Positions 47,701 through 56,666 of a stretch of DNA of 64,000 nucleotides are shown here, one piece after another (the first letter of the stretch is position 1; each line of letters begins with the position of its first letter). Source of the DNA: an uncultured virus (IMG/VR IMGVR_UViG_3300047510_001499) (taxonomy: Duplodnaviria > Heunggongvirae > Uroviricota > Caudoviricetes); IMG/VR virus record IMGVR_UViG_3300047510_001499; one strand, 5' to 3'. The notes beneath the pieces are model-generated. The model saw only the letters and a program-made list of their open reading frames with translations. It was not told where the DNA came from and ran no database searches. A program made the translations under genes and the position numbers.

Positions 47701-49285
47701 TAAAATTCGTATTGAATCATCAAGTTTGGCCGGGGTATTATCACCTGATAAATCACAAGAAAGAAGTCAGTATGATTATGCTCCGCTTGATTCAAACTTG
47801 GTTGGTGTTTACTTTTCAACTACCGACACTGTAAACTACGACATCTATAACTCCGAAGGTTATTTTGAGATTGATGATTGGGTTGGTGATACTGATGAAA
47901 GATACAATGAATCATATCCATTGTTAAAGTATCGTTCACAAAACTACTTTGCAAAATACACAACAAAGACCGCACTAAATCTTATCCTGAGTTTGTTGGC
48001 TAGATATGACTCATCTATTTTTAGTCAAATCAAACAAGTTCTTCCCGCTCGTGTAAATTATATGAGTGGTATCTTGATTGAACCACATATTCTTGAAAGA
48101 AACAAATACAAAAGAAATCGTGGTATCACACGAGACTATCATCAATATGTTGGAACTATTCCAATGTATAGTGAAGCAAACATAATCGGAAGTAGAAATG
48201 ACTATGGGTTTAGTAGTGGTTCTCGTATTGTAAATGATGGTGCTATTGATTTATACAATTATGAACCATCTACATATCAGTATCAAATTGCAACTTTATC
48301 ATCAAGTATTTCGTGTAGTATTGTTTCAACAAATGTAACTGCTAGTGTTTTAAGTGAAGGTTTGGTTGGTGGTAACAATGAATTTAATTTTACATCAGTT
48401 ACTACAAACGCTTCTCTATTATCACATATAACATCAAGCGTTCTTTGGGTTATTGACAAAAATCAACAACAGGTATTTGTGAGCGGTGGTTTTTCAATTA
48501 GCGCAAGTGTTAGTTTAATAACTACAAATGATAGCGAAGGAACTATTCAACTTTCAAGTGGATATACTATTGACGGTGCATACACAGGTCAGACCCGTGT
48601 ATTCATATTAGCATCAGCAAACGATATCAGTAGCGAAGGTTACGACCAGTTTAACTCATCAAGTTTATTTTGTGACTCTATAACCACCTATGTTAATAGA
48701 ACAAATGGGTATTGGGAATATTCACCAACCGGAAGTCAAGCGGTAAATGCTAGAACAACAAGTCAGGCGTTCATCGTTAATAGATTCTTTTCAACGGCTG
48801 GTTCCGCAAGTAGAAATGAAGCGTTTTCATCATCACTTTCGCCAGCGGATATTCAAGAGTATCGTGGATTGTCAATTGAAAATCTATACTTTAACGGATG
48901 TAGAATTTCTTCAGACTCTTTGACCACGGATTCAGCGGATACGCCGGATGGTGGTCCTGTAATTGAAGTAAATGTGGTTGATTCAAATACATTAGTTCTA
49001 TCAACTAAAACGGCATTAGATGGTGATTTACAAATTGGGTCTGCTGAACCAATTCAAACTATGGTTCCAACCGAACTTGTATCATTACAAAATTATGAAT
49101 CATTAACAACCGAAACATCAACGCAAAAACGAAATGATGTTGATGCTGAACAATATGTCTTAAATGGTCCGTTAATCTATGTTGCTCCATCAAAACCTTT
49201 GTATAGAGATGCTGTTTCTACGGAAGAGCAATTAGATTCAAATGTGACAATTCAAACAAACTTTATACAACCACAAAATGGTTGA
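44708..49285 (+). CDS. large baseplate/tail structural protein
   Basis: FIDMIGQHFD, YKTKGTPRSIKALLATYG (gp7/tail protein I-like segment), IKQVLPAR. Confidence 0.75.
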   Translation: MSLDRFENKDEVVGASPVFGKTMFADEEPRIQKFNDQITQNDVDGTYSGITLTNASEIHIYAEDNLLQSQYGQPIRSVLTNGKPTAYVVPELDLRQTGINEGNYSVLYNFHHNIVSNLKIDAISADRTEVRLVSKTNIPNVFQPLNVMSQIIGSNSFDAYLRKKDFVINFSQNQIYDVTNLLLDGPRIGEVNGTLNYPTAVFNSTPTVFVPLDDVIAGGVGIWRTFIEVYNPAINQTTPQLGTPTGRFRKYELQQNPNGTLKWNAGQNTFIFPDIPSEVPSEIVDFLSDTNLQDKRYQVDVTKLNLNYKWYNNLPSQFDECIIKLLKPLEASVEVGDALTVDARILPTWVDKVIAFPAIKSQDKDDFSTPNFAVEMESYGKSDGTDWKTWNDLLDANLSTSQQIIDYYFSGSLGKIKLNIQYNDFQNYIHFSSATERVDNFVYKLQQIEAYNSRIDLLQNVSGSTALTNISQSITRRDKIIGAFDGFEHWMYYQDTSSIYTHWSSSDYTITPYPKVSTFPYVLYHTTSSQGETWYNGVYASASLYDSQNQARLRNMIPTHLQEDDKNSDYVTFIDMIGQHFDISWTYVKALTDINRREEHPWDGMSDELLFNVAKSMGWSLSNGYGDSELWSYVLGTDQTGSLSQTGQLKTKSREKIVKETWRRIVNNLPYIYKTKGTPRSIKALLATYGIPQAFLQIREYGGPVIVDSPNQYEHERFVYKVNIDAQAGKYIVNPWGEIQPEGYAALFPRAIEVIAKLPASISSDDGGSTGEYTIFDMVVPGQRISVKFNGVNSTTANFTLVSGSTSLLTTNNFTWNGGRDVVIVLNNDSTTTSLRAAMPDNFGSVLASVSASAATPNAVEDIWLDSGSLNVGSPTDNDYTSFNLQELRYYYNIVSQEIVEDHAKNRDAYFIDDNTTDLDTTGSLVSLVYRQFFDSKYGGSNWNSASLHPNQEVTTLVDGRILSCSFGPSVTSTDLEGELDTYYSKIPSAGALNVNNNKIRIESSSLAGVLSPDKSQERSQYDYAPLDSNLVGVYFSTTDTVNYDIYNSEGYFEIDDWVGDTDERYNESYPLLKYRSQNYFAKYTTKTALNLILSLLARYDSSIFSQIKQVLPARVNYMSGILIEPHILERNKYKRNRGITRDYHQYVGTIPMYSEANIIGSRNDYGFSSGSRIVNDGAIDLYNYEPSTYQYQIATLSSSISCSIVSTNVTASVLSEGLVGGNNEFNFTSVTTNASLLSHITSSVLWVIDKNQQQVFVSGGFSISASVSLITTNDSEGTIQLSSGYTIDGAYTGQTRVFILASANDISSEGYDQFNSSSLFCDSITTYVNRTNGYWEYSPTGSQAVNARTTSQAFIVNRFFSTAGSASRNEAFSSSLSPADIQEYRGLSIENLYFNGCRISSDSLTTDSADTPDGGPVIEVNVVDSNTLVLSTKTALDGDLQIGSAEPIQTMVPTELVSLQNYESLTTETSTQKRNDVDAEQYVLNGPLIYVAPSKPLYRDAVSTEEQLDSNVTIQTNFIQPQNG

Positions 49286-49337
49286 ATTTAATTTCATAAA
49301 AAAGTGATATTTATATACATAAAATAAGGAAAACACT

Positions 49338-50003
49338 ATGGGATATTTAGATAATTCATCGGTAACTGTTGATGCGATTTTGACCAAGAAGGGTAGAGAA
49401 CTTCTTGCACAAGGTCGTGATAAGTTTCAAATCACTCAATTTGCACTTGCAGATGATGAGGTAGATTACAACCTTTGGAACCCCGCTCACTCATTGGGGT
49501 CAGACTACTATGGTACAATCATTGAGAATATGCCCGTATTAGAAGCCCTAACTGATGAGAACTACACTATGAAGTATAAATTGTTGACTCTTCCAAAATC
49601 AACTGTAAAACTTCCAATCATCACTCCTTCGGTGACTTCACTTTCTTTAGAAGAAGATGGTATCTCTTCAACCATCAACATTACAACCAAAAATGGTGGA
49701 AATACTTTGTTGGGCTACACCGCCGTGTTGTTAAATTCAGACGCTGCTACTATCGTAGGTAATCAAGGTGTTCCAGGTGGAACTTCTCCAAGTGTTAACA
49801 CAACATCATACATTTCTAATAAGAGTGTTACGGTGGTTGGTAAAGACGCATTTACAATTACAACCAAAGTTCTTCCATCTGCTACCGCAATTACAACTCG
49901 CATTATCTTTATTGGTAACGAAACGGGTGGTAGAACCGAAGTGACTTTAACTGTAAACCCATACACAGGTAGAGTGTTAAACACAAGAACGATTGCAGGA
50001 TAA
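49338..50003 (+). CDS. virion structural protein
   Basis: MGYLDNSSVTVDAILTKKGRELLA..ITQFALADDEVDY. Confidence 0.75.
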   Translation: MGYLDNSSVTVDAILTKKGRELLAQGRDKFQITQFALADDEVDYNLWNPAHSLGSDYYGTIIENMPVLEALTDENYTMKYKLLTLPKSTVKLPIITPSVTSLSLEEDGISSTINITTKNGGNTLLGYTAVLLNSDAATIVGNQGVPGGTSPSVNTTSYISNKSVTVVGKDAFTITTKVLPSATAITTRIIFIGNETGGRTEVTLTVNPYTGRVLNTRTIAG

Positions 50004-50023
50004 TAAACTAAAAGGACACTAAA

Positions 50024-51223
50024 ATGCCAATAAATCCAATAGACCCATCAGGCGGCGGATTCTCAAATACGGGAAATATCGGTGGAAACACCGGTGGAAC
50101 TTCAACACCATCCCCATCAGGTAATACACCACCACCAAGCACTTTGACCGCTCAACAACTTTTAGCGTTTGATATTAGTGAAAATAGAACGCCTATCGTT
50201 CCTGCCGGCGCATATAATGCTGGTAATGGTAAGGTATACACCGCATTCAGTACGGATGATGTGGTTGAAGGTGGAATCCAAAGAATTACTCGTGGATTGT
50301 GGAGTGGTAATGTTGGTGAATTAACTTCATTCTGGACATCTTCATTTCAGTCTGCTACTCAAAAATCATACTACTACGAGATTTACAACGGTAACCCAAC
50401 CACATCTACTTCAGAAGCACAATTCTCCATTGCATATGGACATAGATTAGGTAGTGGTTCATTTAGTACAGGTCCTGATTATGATGCTCCATCTAAAGCC
50501 ATTTATGGTCAGTATCAACAAGCTCTTTTACCATCAACTCAAACCCAATTTATATTTGGAACTACAAACTCCGATGATATCTACGCTATTACAATCAATA
50601 GAGCAAGATTAAAGGATAAGTTAGATAGAGGAAACTGGGAATTGTGTTTGTCGGGTTCTTTAACAGGAAAGTTTGTTAGATTAATTGATGATAGTGGTGA
50701 TGTAAATCAAAACTCATCAAATGACGCAGAGTCATACAATGTTGTATCCGGTTCTCTTGCTAATGGTGTATTTTCTGCAACACAAATCTTTGGTACTGTA
50801 TACCCACATAGAGGTGTAATCATCCTAAATCCAGCGGCTCTTGACGCTTCTGCCTCATTAGGAACTGTTAGAACAATTAGTGATGCTCAGAACCACAACA
50901 AATTATTCCTTGCAATTAGCGGTGCTGCTGCTGCAAATTCAAGTAATGGTTTCCAAGCAAGAAACGAAGAAGAGGTAAAATCTACATTCTACTTTGTGAG
51001 AGCTAAAAACGCAGAATATAATTTCTCAAACAACCCATCGTATGTTTCTGGTTCAAATGGTGAACTAAATCAACAAACATTTATTGGTGACTCAAAAACT
51101 TACATTACAACGGTTGGATTATACAATAATGATAATGAGTTATTAGCAATTGCTAAATTATCTAAACCAATCTTAAAGTCATTCTCAAACGAGGTCCTTG
51201 TTAAGGTTAAACTTGATTTCTAA
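50024..51223 (+). CDS. virion structural protein
   Basis: C-terminal YITTVGLYNNDNELLAIAKLSKP..VKLDF. Confidence 0.75.
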   Translation: MPINPIDPSGGGFSNTGNIGGNTGGTSTPSPSGNTPPPSTLTAQQLLAFDISENRTPIVPAGAYNAGNGKVYTAFSTDDVVEGGIQRITRGLWSGNVGELTSFWTSSFQSATQKSYYYEIYNGNPTTSTSEAQFSIAYGHRLGSGSFSTGPDYDAPSKAIYGQYQQALLPSTQTQFIFGTTNSDDIYAITINRARLKDKLDRGNWELCLSGSLTGKFVRLIDDSGDVNQNSSNDAESYNVVSGSLANGVFSATQIFGTVYPHRGVIILNPAALDASASLGTVRTISDAQNHNKLFLAISGAAAANSSNGFQARNEEEVKSTFYFVRAKNAEYNFSNNPSYVSGSNGELNQQTFIGDSKTYITTVGLYNNDNELLAIAKLSKPILKSFSNEVLVKVKLDF

Positions 51224-51238
51224 AGATGTTTGTGTTAA

Positions 51239-51814
51239 ATGAGTATTGTATTCAAAAAAATATTCCAAGAGGGTCTACAAAGAAGACCCTTTAAGGCTCA
51301 CAAAAGATATGAAGTAACTAATTTAAATTACTCATCATCTTTTGGAATACAAGTATTACGAGCAATTAACCCAAACGATACGAAGGTAGAAATTTCATCT
51401 TCGGTTAATGGTAGTATTGCAGTAGACCCAAATACTCACTTTAATACAAACGCTTGGGGTTCAATGACTCAAGTGTCCCAAGAGGTTCTTTGGAGTTCTC
51501 TTAATCAAGTATTTTTCCAAGAGTCGGATAAAGCTCTATATGATACTGCTTCGGTGATGTCTATACCTGTAAATAAGTTTGGTGATGGCATCAAACCTGG
51601 TTCAGTTTTTATTACGGATAATTCACACTACCCATCGGCTTCAATAAAATTATACGACCAATCAATGGATGACTCATATGGTTTATTGATTGCAAGTGAA
51701 TTAACATCTTCGGTAAAAATAAATCAATCTGATGTTGTATTAAAATTATCATTTGACAATACTACACGAGTTGTTGATTCTTCAAATTTTAAAAACGAAA
51801 TTATAGTGAGTTGA
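51239..51814 (+). CDS. virion structural protein
   Basis: SIPVNKFGDGIKPGS; context. Confidence 0.7.
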   Translation: MSIVFKKIFQEGLQRRPFKAHKRYEVTNLNYSSSFGIQVLRAINPNDTKVEISSSVNGSIAVDPNTHFNTNAWGSMTQVSQEVLWSSLNQVFFQESDKALYDTASVMSIPVNKFGDGIKPGSVFITDNSHYPSASIKLYDQSMDDSYGLLIASELTSSVKINQSDVVLKLSFDNTTRVVDSSNFKNEIIVS

Positions 51815-51815
51815 T

Positions 51816-53288
51816 ATGCCGACTTATACACTTACAACCAACTATACAAACAATGTAACTGGCTCTACGCTCCGTAGTTCCGCTGACCCGTTATCATCAA
51901 TAGTTACAACTCGTACAGTCAATGGAACTCAAACAGGAGGTTATCTATTTAATGTTGCATATCTTCATCCCGATAGTGGTTATGAGTTTACTTCTGTTGG
52001 TAATATTTCATTTGTACTTGATGGTAACCCATATACACCTGGGTCTGGTGTAATTGGTGCTTCTCTAAACCCAAGCGGATATATAACTATCCAAACCACA
52101 CAACAAAATCCAAGTAATACATACAATTTAGTATTAAATGGAACCTCTACAGTAGAAGCTCCACCCGTTGAAGATACCGGTTCCGGTGGCGGCGGAGGTG
52201 GTGGAGGTGGTGGAGGCGACGCCGGCGTTTCAACTACAAGTGGTGTGGGTGGAACTGGATATGCATATTCATTTGCAGCAACAACTCAAAGTATTCTTGT
52301 AAGACATAACTCTAATTTTGATGTCTTTAATAAAAATGATGATTGGGCCGTTTCATTTTGGGGCAGTCTACCAATATCTCAATCCGCTGTGGGTGATTTT
52401 TCTACCGAAAAGTTAATCGTATCAAAACACATCGCGGAACGATACATAAACGAAGATGGAACTATCACCACTCAAAATAGTGAAGTTGGTTCTTACCCAT
52501 TTAAAATTGGAGTTTATACAAAATATTCCGATGCGGGTAATGATGGTAAAGTATTCTTTGAGACATCTGATGGTACTTCTACTAACCGCGTAACTTCATC
52601 AGCACAATATAACGACACCGCATATAGACACTTTACCTTTAATAAAACGGGGTCTTTATATGAAATTTGGGTGAATGGCGCAAGAGTAGTAAGTCAATCA
52701 GTTTCATATTCATTTAATATCAATAACCAAAAAGATATTTTAATTGGTAATGATTCATATGGTAATGAATTTGGATTTAGTGGTTCAATAGATGAATTTC
52801 AAATTCATAGAGTAGGTCTTACATCAGCAGAAATTGGTTCACTTGCAGATAATAATTTAGTAAGTGGTTCATATCTTCAAAAAAATGATGTTGGGTATGT
52901 ATTCTACAAACAAGGTATGATTGTGGTAACTGACCCAAGACCACGATACCAAAATGTTCTTTTGGGTGATGGTAATGGTTCTTATACAAATAAAAACTAT
53001 CAAGTTGATTATCGTTCAACAAAAGTCGTAGAGGAAGTAGTTGCTCTTTGTGAAATTGGTAAAGAAGAATTTCTTGTTACATCAAACCCATCCGCAAGAT
53101 ACGCTCCAAGTGAAAATGAATTCCAACTGGCAGGATTTACAACATCATCTTCATTCTATCCATATGTAACTACAATTGGATTGTATAATGATGCCGGTGA
53201 TTTATTAGCAACGGCAAAATTGGGGTCTCCTCTAAAGCGTAGGTCTGATGTTGATGTAACAGTTCAAATTAAATTTGATATAGATTAA
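51816..53288 (+). CDS. LamG/ConA-domain structural protein
   Basis: Poly-Gly linker, WAVSFW, FSGSIDEFQI, C-terminal YVTTIGLYNDAGDLLATAKL paralogous to 50024. Confidence 0.78.
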   Translation: MPTYTLTTNYTNNVTGSTLRSSADPLSSIVTTRTVNGTQTGGYLFNVAYLHPDSGYEFTSVGNISFVLDGNPYTPGSGVIGASLNPSGYITIQTTQQNPSNTYNLVLNGTSTVEAPPVEDTGSGGGGGGGGGGGDAGVSTTSGVGGTGYAYSFAATTQSILVRHNSNFDVFNKNDDWAVSFWGSLPISQSAVGDFSTEKLIVSKHIAERYINEDGTITTQNSEVGSYPFKIGVYTKYSDAGNDGKVFFETSDGTSTNRVTSSAQYNDTAYRHFTFNKTGSLYEIWVNGARVVSQSVSYSFNINNQKDILIGNDSYGNEFGFSGSIDEFQIHRVGLTSAEIGSLADNNLVSGSYLQKNDVGYVFYKQGMIVVTDPRPRYQNVLLGDGNGSYTNKNYQVDYRSTKVVEEVVALCEIGKEEFLVTSNPSARYAPSENEFQLAGFTTSSSFYPYVTTIGLYNDAGDLLATAKLGSPLKRRSDVDVTVQIKFDID

Positions 53289-53290
53289 GT

Positions 53291-53998
53291 ATGGCTATCA
53301 CATTTACAAATGGATTTACAACAATAACAAACAATGGTGGTTCTTTTGTGAATCCAACTTTGACTTTTGGGTCGGCTGTAACAACAGCAGTTCAAAGTCC
53401 ATTTTCCGGCGGTGGTAATTCCTATCAGTTTAGTTCATCGGTAAACAGCTTTATTAGTTTGGTAGCAAGTAGTGATTGGGCTCCAGGTACGGCAGACTTT
53501 ACAATAGAATGGTTTAGCTATCAGACATCAACAGGAAGTTTTCCAAGACCATTTTCAGTTGGAAATTACTCAACCGCTCCCATCGCAGTTAGTATTGAGG
53601 GTGGTACTTTTTACTACTGGGCAAACGGAGGATTTAGGTATTCAAATTCAGCTGGAACAATTTTAAATTCGTGGGTACATTGGGCTGTGGTAAGAGGTAG
53701 TGGAGTTACAAAAGTTTATAAAAATGGAACCCAATTGGGTAGTCAAATAACCGATACAAATAATATAACCAATACGAGCACCGAACTTACTGTGGGAAAT
53801 GAAACCACAAAATCAACCGGCGCTGCTTTAATTGGATATTTAACAAACTTCCGCTGGGTCAAAGGATTAGCAGTTTATACTGGAGATTTCACAGTCCCAA
53901 CATCAGCTTTAACAGCAACGGCAAATGCAAATCCATATGGTGGGTCTAACACACAAGCTATTGGTGATGGATATACTAAATTACTATTAGTTCCTTAA
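53291..53998 (+). CDS. LamG/ConA-like lectin domain protein
   Basis: DFTIEWF, WVHWAVVR, GYLTNFRWVKGLAVYT, TKLLL. Confidence 0.8.
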   Translation: MAITFTNGFTTITNNGGSFVNPTLTFGSAVTTAVQSPFSGGGNSYQFSSSVNSFISLVASSDWAPGTADFTIEWFSYQTSTGSFPRPFSVGNYSTAPIAVSIEGGTFYYWANGGFRYSNSAGTILNSWVHWAVVRGSGVTKVYKNGTQLGSQITDTNNITNTSTELTVGNETTKSTGAALIGYLTNFRWVKGLAVYTGDFTVPTSALTATANANPYGGSNTQAIGDGYTKLLLVP

Positions 53999-53999
53999 A

Positions 54000-54233
54000 A
54001 TGAAAAATTGGACACAATACTATAATGAAAATAAAGACAAAATGTCTTTAAATGAAATGGTGCGTCAATACAATATGGTTTTGTTGCAAAATCAACAAGA
54101 ATTTATATTAAGACAACAATCTCATAGAAGAAGTGGTAGTCCGTTTGAATCATCCACTCAAGATTCCGGGTTTTTATTACAAGAAAATAATGACTATTTA
54201 TTACAAGAAAACAACGATAGGATACTTTTGTAA
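54000..54233 (+). CDS. small tail-associated protein
   Basis: LLQENNDYLLQENNDRILL repeat. Confidence 0.6.
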   Translation: MKNWTQYYNENKDKMSLNEMVRQYNMVLLQNQQEFILRQQSHRRSGSPFESSTQDSGFLLQENNDYLLQENNDRILL

Positions 54234-55264
54234 TGGCTGATAAGAAAATAACGGATTTAACAAGATTAACCGACCCGGTTCTTGCTGATGCTCTACCTAT
54301 TGTAAATGGTGGTGAAACTAAAAAAACACTCGTTGGTGATATTGCAACTCCAATTAGAAATTATAATGCTCCACTTACTGCAAGTGGTATTGTTATATCG
54401 GGTCCCATAGTTCCATCAACTCCAAGTGGTTCAAGTTTAGGAACTGCAGAATTTCCATTTGGTGATTTATTCGTATCTTCTGGTTCTATTAACATTGCAA
54501 GTGATGTGCCGGGAGACCCAAACACATCTCTATCAAATGAAGGTGGTAATATTTTAGTATCCGCTGGTGGTATGAGATTGGTTGAACCCGGTAACTCGTT
54601 TATCGCTGAAACGGGGTCATTCCAATATATTTCGGGAAGTTTAACTCAAGTAGGTAGTTATAATAGGATTGGAAACACTATAACAACAGGTTCAGTTGAC
54701 TTTTCAGGTTCATTTACCGCTTCTTTACAATCAGGTTATATGTGGATAGGTAATTCTAATAATAGAACAACAACAATTCCTACATCTTCTTTATACACAA
54801 AAACTAATTTTGGATTCTATGGTTCATTTTATTCCACAGCATCACAATATAATCCCGTAGGTAATGTGTCACGTTCTATGATGTTGGAAACTTTAGTTAC
54901 ATCTAATGGTGTAAGTGTAGTAAGTGGTAGTAGAATGAAAGTATCTGGTGCCGGTGTTTATAACTTACAATTTTCCGCTCAATTAGAAAAAAGTGATAAT
55001 GGTGTAGATACGGTTTATATATGGTTTAAGAAAAACGGACTTAACATACCAGACTCTGCTACCTCACTTGATATATTAAAAGACGCGGGTGGTTCTGGTA
55101 GATTTGTTGCGGCTTGGAACTTTGTAGATACATTTAATGCTAATGATTATATAGAAATAGTCTGGCAATCCGATGACATTAACGTAAGTATACCTTATGT
55201 GGCTCCTTCGGGTAATATTCCATCAATACCATCGGTAATAGCAACGCTAACTCAAGTATCATAA
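54233..55264 (+). CDS. tail fibre/appendage protein
   Basis: MADKKITDLT N-terminus; C-terminal GVYNLQFSAQL...PSIPSVI domain. Confidence 0.7.
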   Translation: MADKKITDLTRLTDPVLADALPIVNGGETKKTLVGDIATPIRNYNAPLTASGIVISGPIVPSTPSGSSLGTAEFPFGDLFVSSGSINIASDVPGDPNTSLSNEGGNILVSAGGMRLVEPGNSFIAETGSFQYISGSLTQVGSYNRIGNTITTGSVDFSGSFTASLQSGYMWIGNSNNRTTTIPTSSLYTKTNFGFYGSFYSTASQYNPVGNVSRSMMLETLVTSNGVSVVSGSRMKVSGAGVYNLQFSAQLEKSDNGVDTVYIWFKKNGLNIPDSATSLDILKDAGGSGRFVAAWNFVDTFNANDYIEIVWQSDDINVSIPYVAPSGNIPSIPSVIATLTQVS

Positions 55265-55281
55265 TAAAAATAAAAAAAGTT

Positions 55282-55710
55282 ATGGCAAAAGGAAATTGGA
55301 GCCATATCCAAAAGACCAAAGGACATAAGTCAGGTCTTGAAGATAGGATAAACGAGCAGTTACGAATTCAAGGAATTGATGGTGAGTATGAGAAACACGA
55401 AATCCCATATACCATCCCAGCATCACACCACACCTACAAACCTGATTTTAAATTACCAAATGGAATTTATATTGAATCAAAGGGGTGGTTCTTGCCGGAA
55501 GATAGAAAAAAACATTTGTTAGTAAAAGAACAACATCCTGAAATGGATTTGAGATTTATCCTTCAATCTCCAAATGGTAAAATTTATAAGGGTTCAAAAA
55601 CTACTTATGCTCAATGGTGTGAAAAACACGGATTCAAGTGGGCAAAGAAAGAAGTTCCGCGAGAATGGATAGATGAGAATCCAAAACAAAATTTCTTTGA
55701 TTTCTCATAA
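55282..55710 (+). CDS. T7 endonuclease I-like resolvase
   Basis: KSGLE, YKPDF.LPNGIYIESKG, DRKKHLL, TTYAQWCEKHGF. Confidence 0.9.
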   Translation: MAKGNWSHIQKTKGHKSGLEDRINEQLRIQGIDGEYEKHEIPYTIPASHHTYKPDFKLPNGIYIESKGWFLPEDRKKHLLVKEQHPEMDLRFILQSPNGKIYKGSKTTYAQWCEKHGFKWAKKEVPREWIDENPKQNFFDFS

Positions 55711-55730
55711 ATATTTCGTATATTAGTGGT

Positions 55731-56666
55731 ATGGAGGAAAGACTATTATCACTTTTAGAATCAATTCTTGGTAAGTCCAAGAAAACTTCGGGCGACAATT
55801 ACTCGTTCTATTCTCCATTTGTAGACCACTACAAGAGAAAATTAGAAATCAATATACGATTAAATTCCAAAGGAGAAAATCCTTGGCATTGTTGGATTTC
55901 TGATGAGAAGGGTAGAACTATTAAATCCCTTTTCAAAAAACTTCGTGTATCCAAACAAACTTGGGATGAATACAATTCAATCTTCAGCAAGGTCAACCGA
56001 TATGCAAGTGAGTATGAAACTACTGAAATTGTAGAACAAGTAGAACTCCCAAAAGAATTCAAACCACTTTACCAAAAGTCAGATTCCATCAAATGGAAAC
56101 ACGCTATGAATTACTTGTTAAATCGTGGGGTTCGTGCTGAAGATATTGTTAAATACAATATTGGATATTGTGAGGGTGGTGAATACGACAATAAAATTAT
56201 CATCCCATCCTATGATGAGCGTGGTAAGTTAAACTACTTTGTTGGTAGGTCATTTTATGATACAAAGTTTAAACACAAAAATCCAAAGGTTTCCAAAGAT
56301 ATAGTTGGGTTTGATTTGTTAGTGAATTGGGATACTCCTATTATCCTATGTGAGGGTGCGTTTGACGCTATTTCAATTAGAAGAAATGCTATACCGCTTT
56401 TCGGTAAATCAATACAACCAAACCTTGAAAAGAAAATACTTGGAAAATTGGTAAAAAAGTTGTATATTTGTTTAGATTCGGATGCTATAAAAAATTCCAT
56501 AGGATTGGCTGAAAAGTTTGTATCGTATGGAATTGAAACGTATTTAGTGGAGTTAAAAGATAAAGACCCATCTGAAATGGGATATGAAAATATAAATAAA
56601 CTTATTTACAATACACCACCCTTAACACTCCGAAGGTTGGTTGAGTTGAAGATGAACGGCTTATGA
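55731..56666 (+). CDS. DNA primase (TOPRIM)
   Basis: WHCW, YLLNRG, IIIP, FVGR, LCEGAFDA, LDSDA, KDP. Confidence 0.88.
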   Translation: MEERLLSLLESILGKSKKTSGDNYSFYSPFVDHYKRKLEINIRLNSKGENPWHCWISDEKGRTIKSLFKKLRVSKQTWDEYNSIFSKVNRYASEYETTEIVEQVELPKEFKPLYQKSDSIKWKHAMNYLLNRGVRAEDIVKYNIGYCEGGEYDNKIIIPSYDERGKLNYFVGRSFYDTKFKHKNPKVSKDIVGFDLLVNWDTPIILCEGAFDAISIRRNAIPLFGKSIQPNLEKKILGKLVKKLYICLDSDAIKNSIGLAEKFVSYGIETYLVELKDKDPSEMGYENINKLIYNTPPLTLRRLVELKMNGL

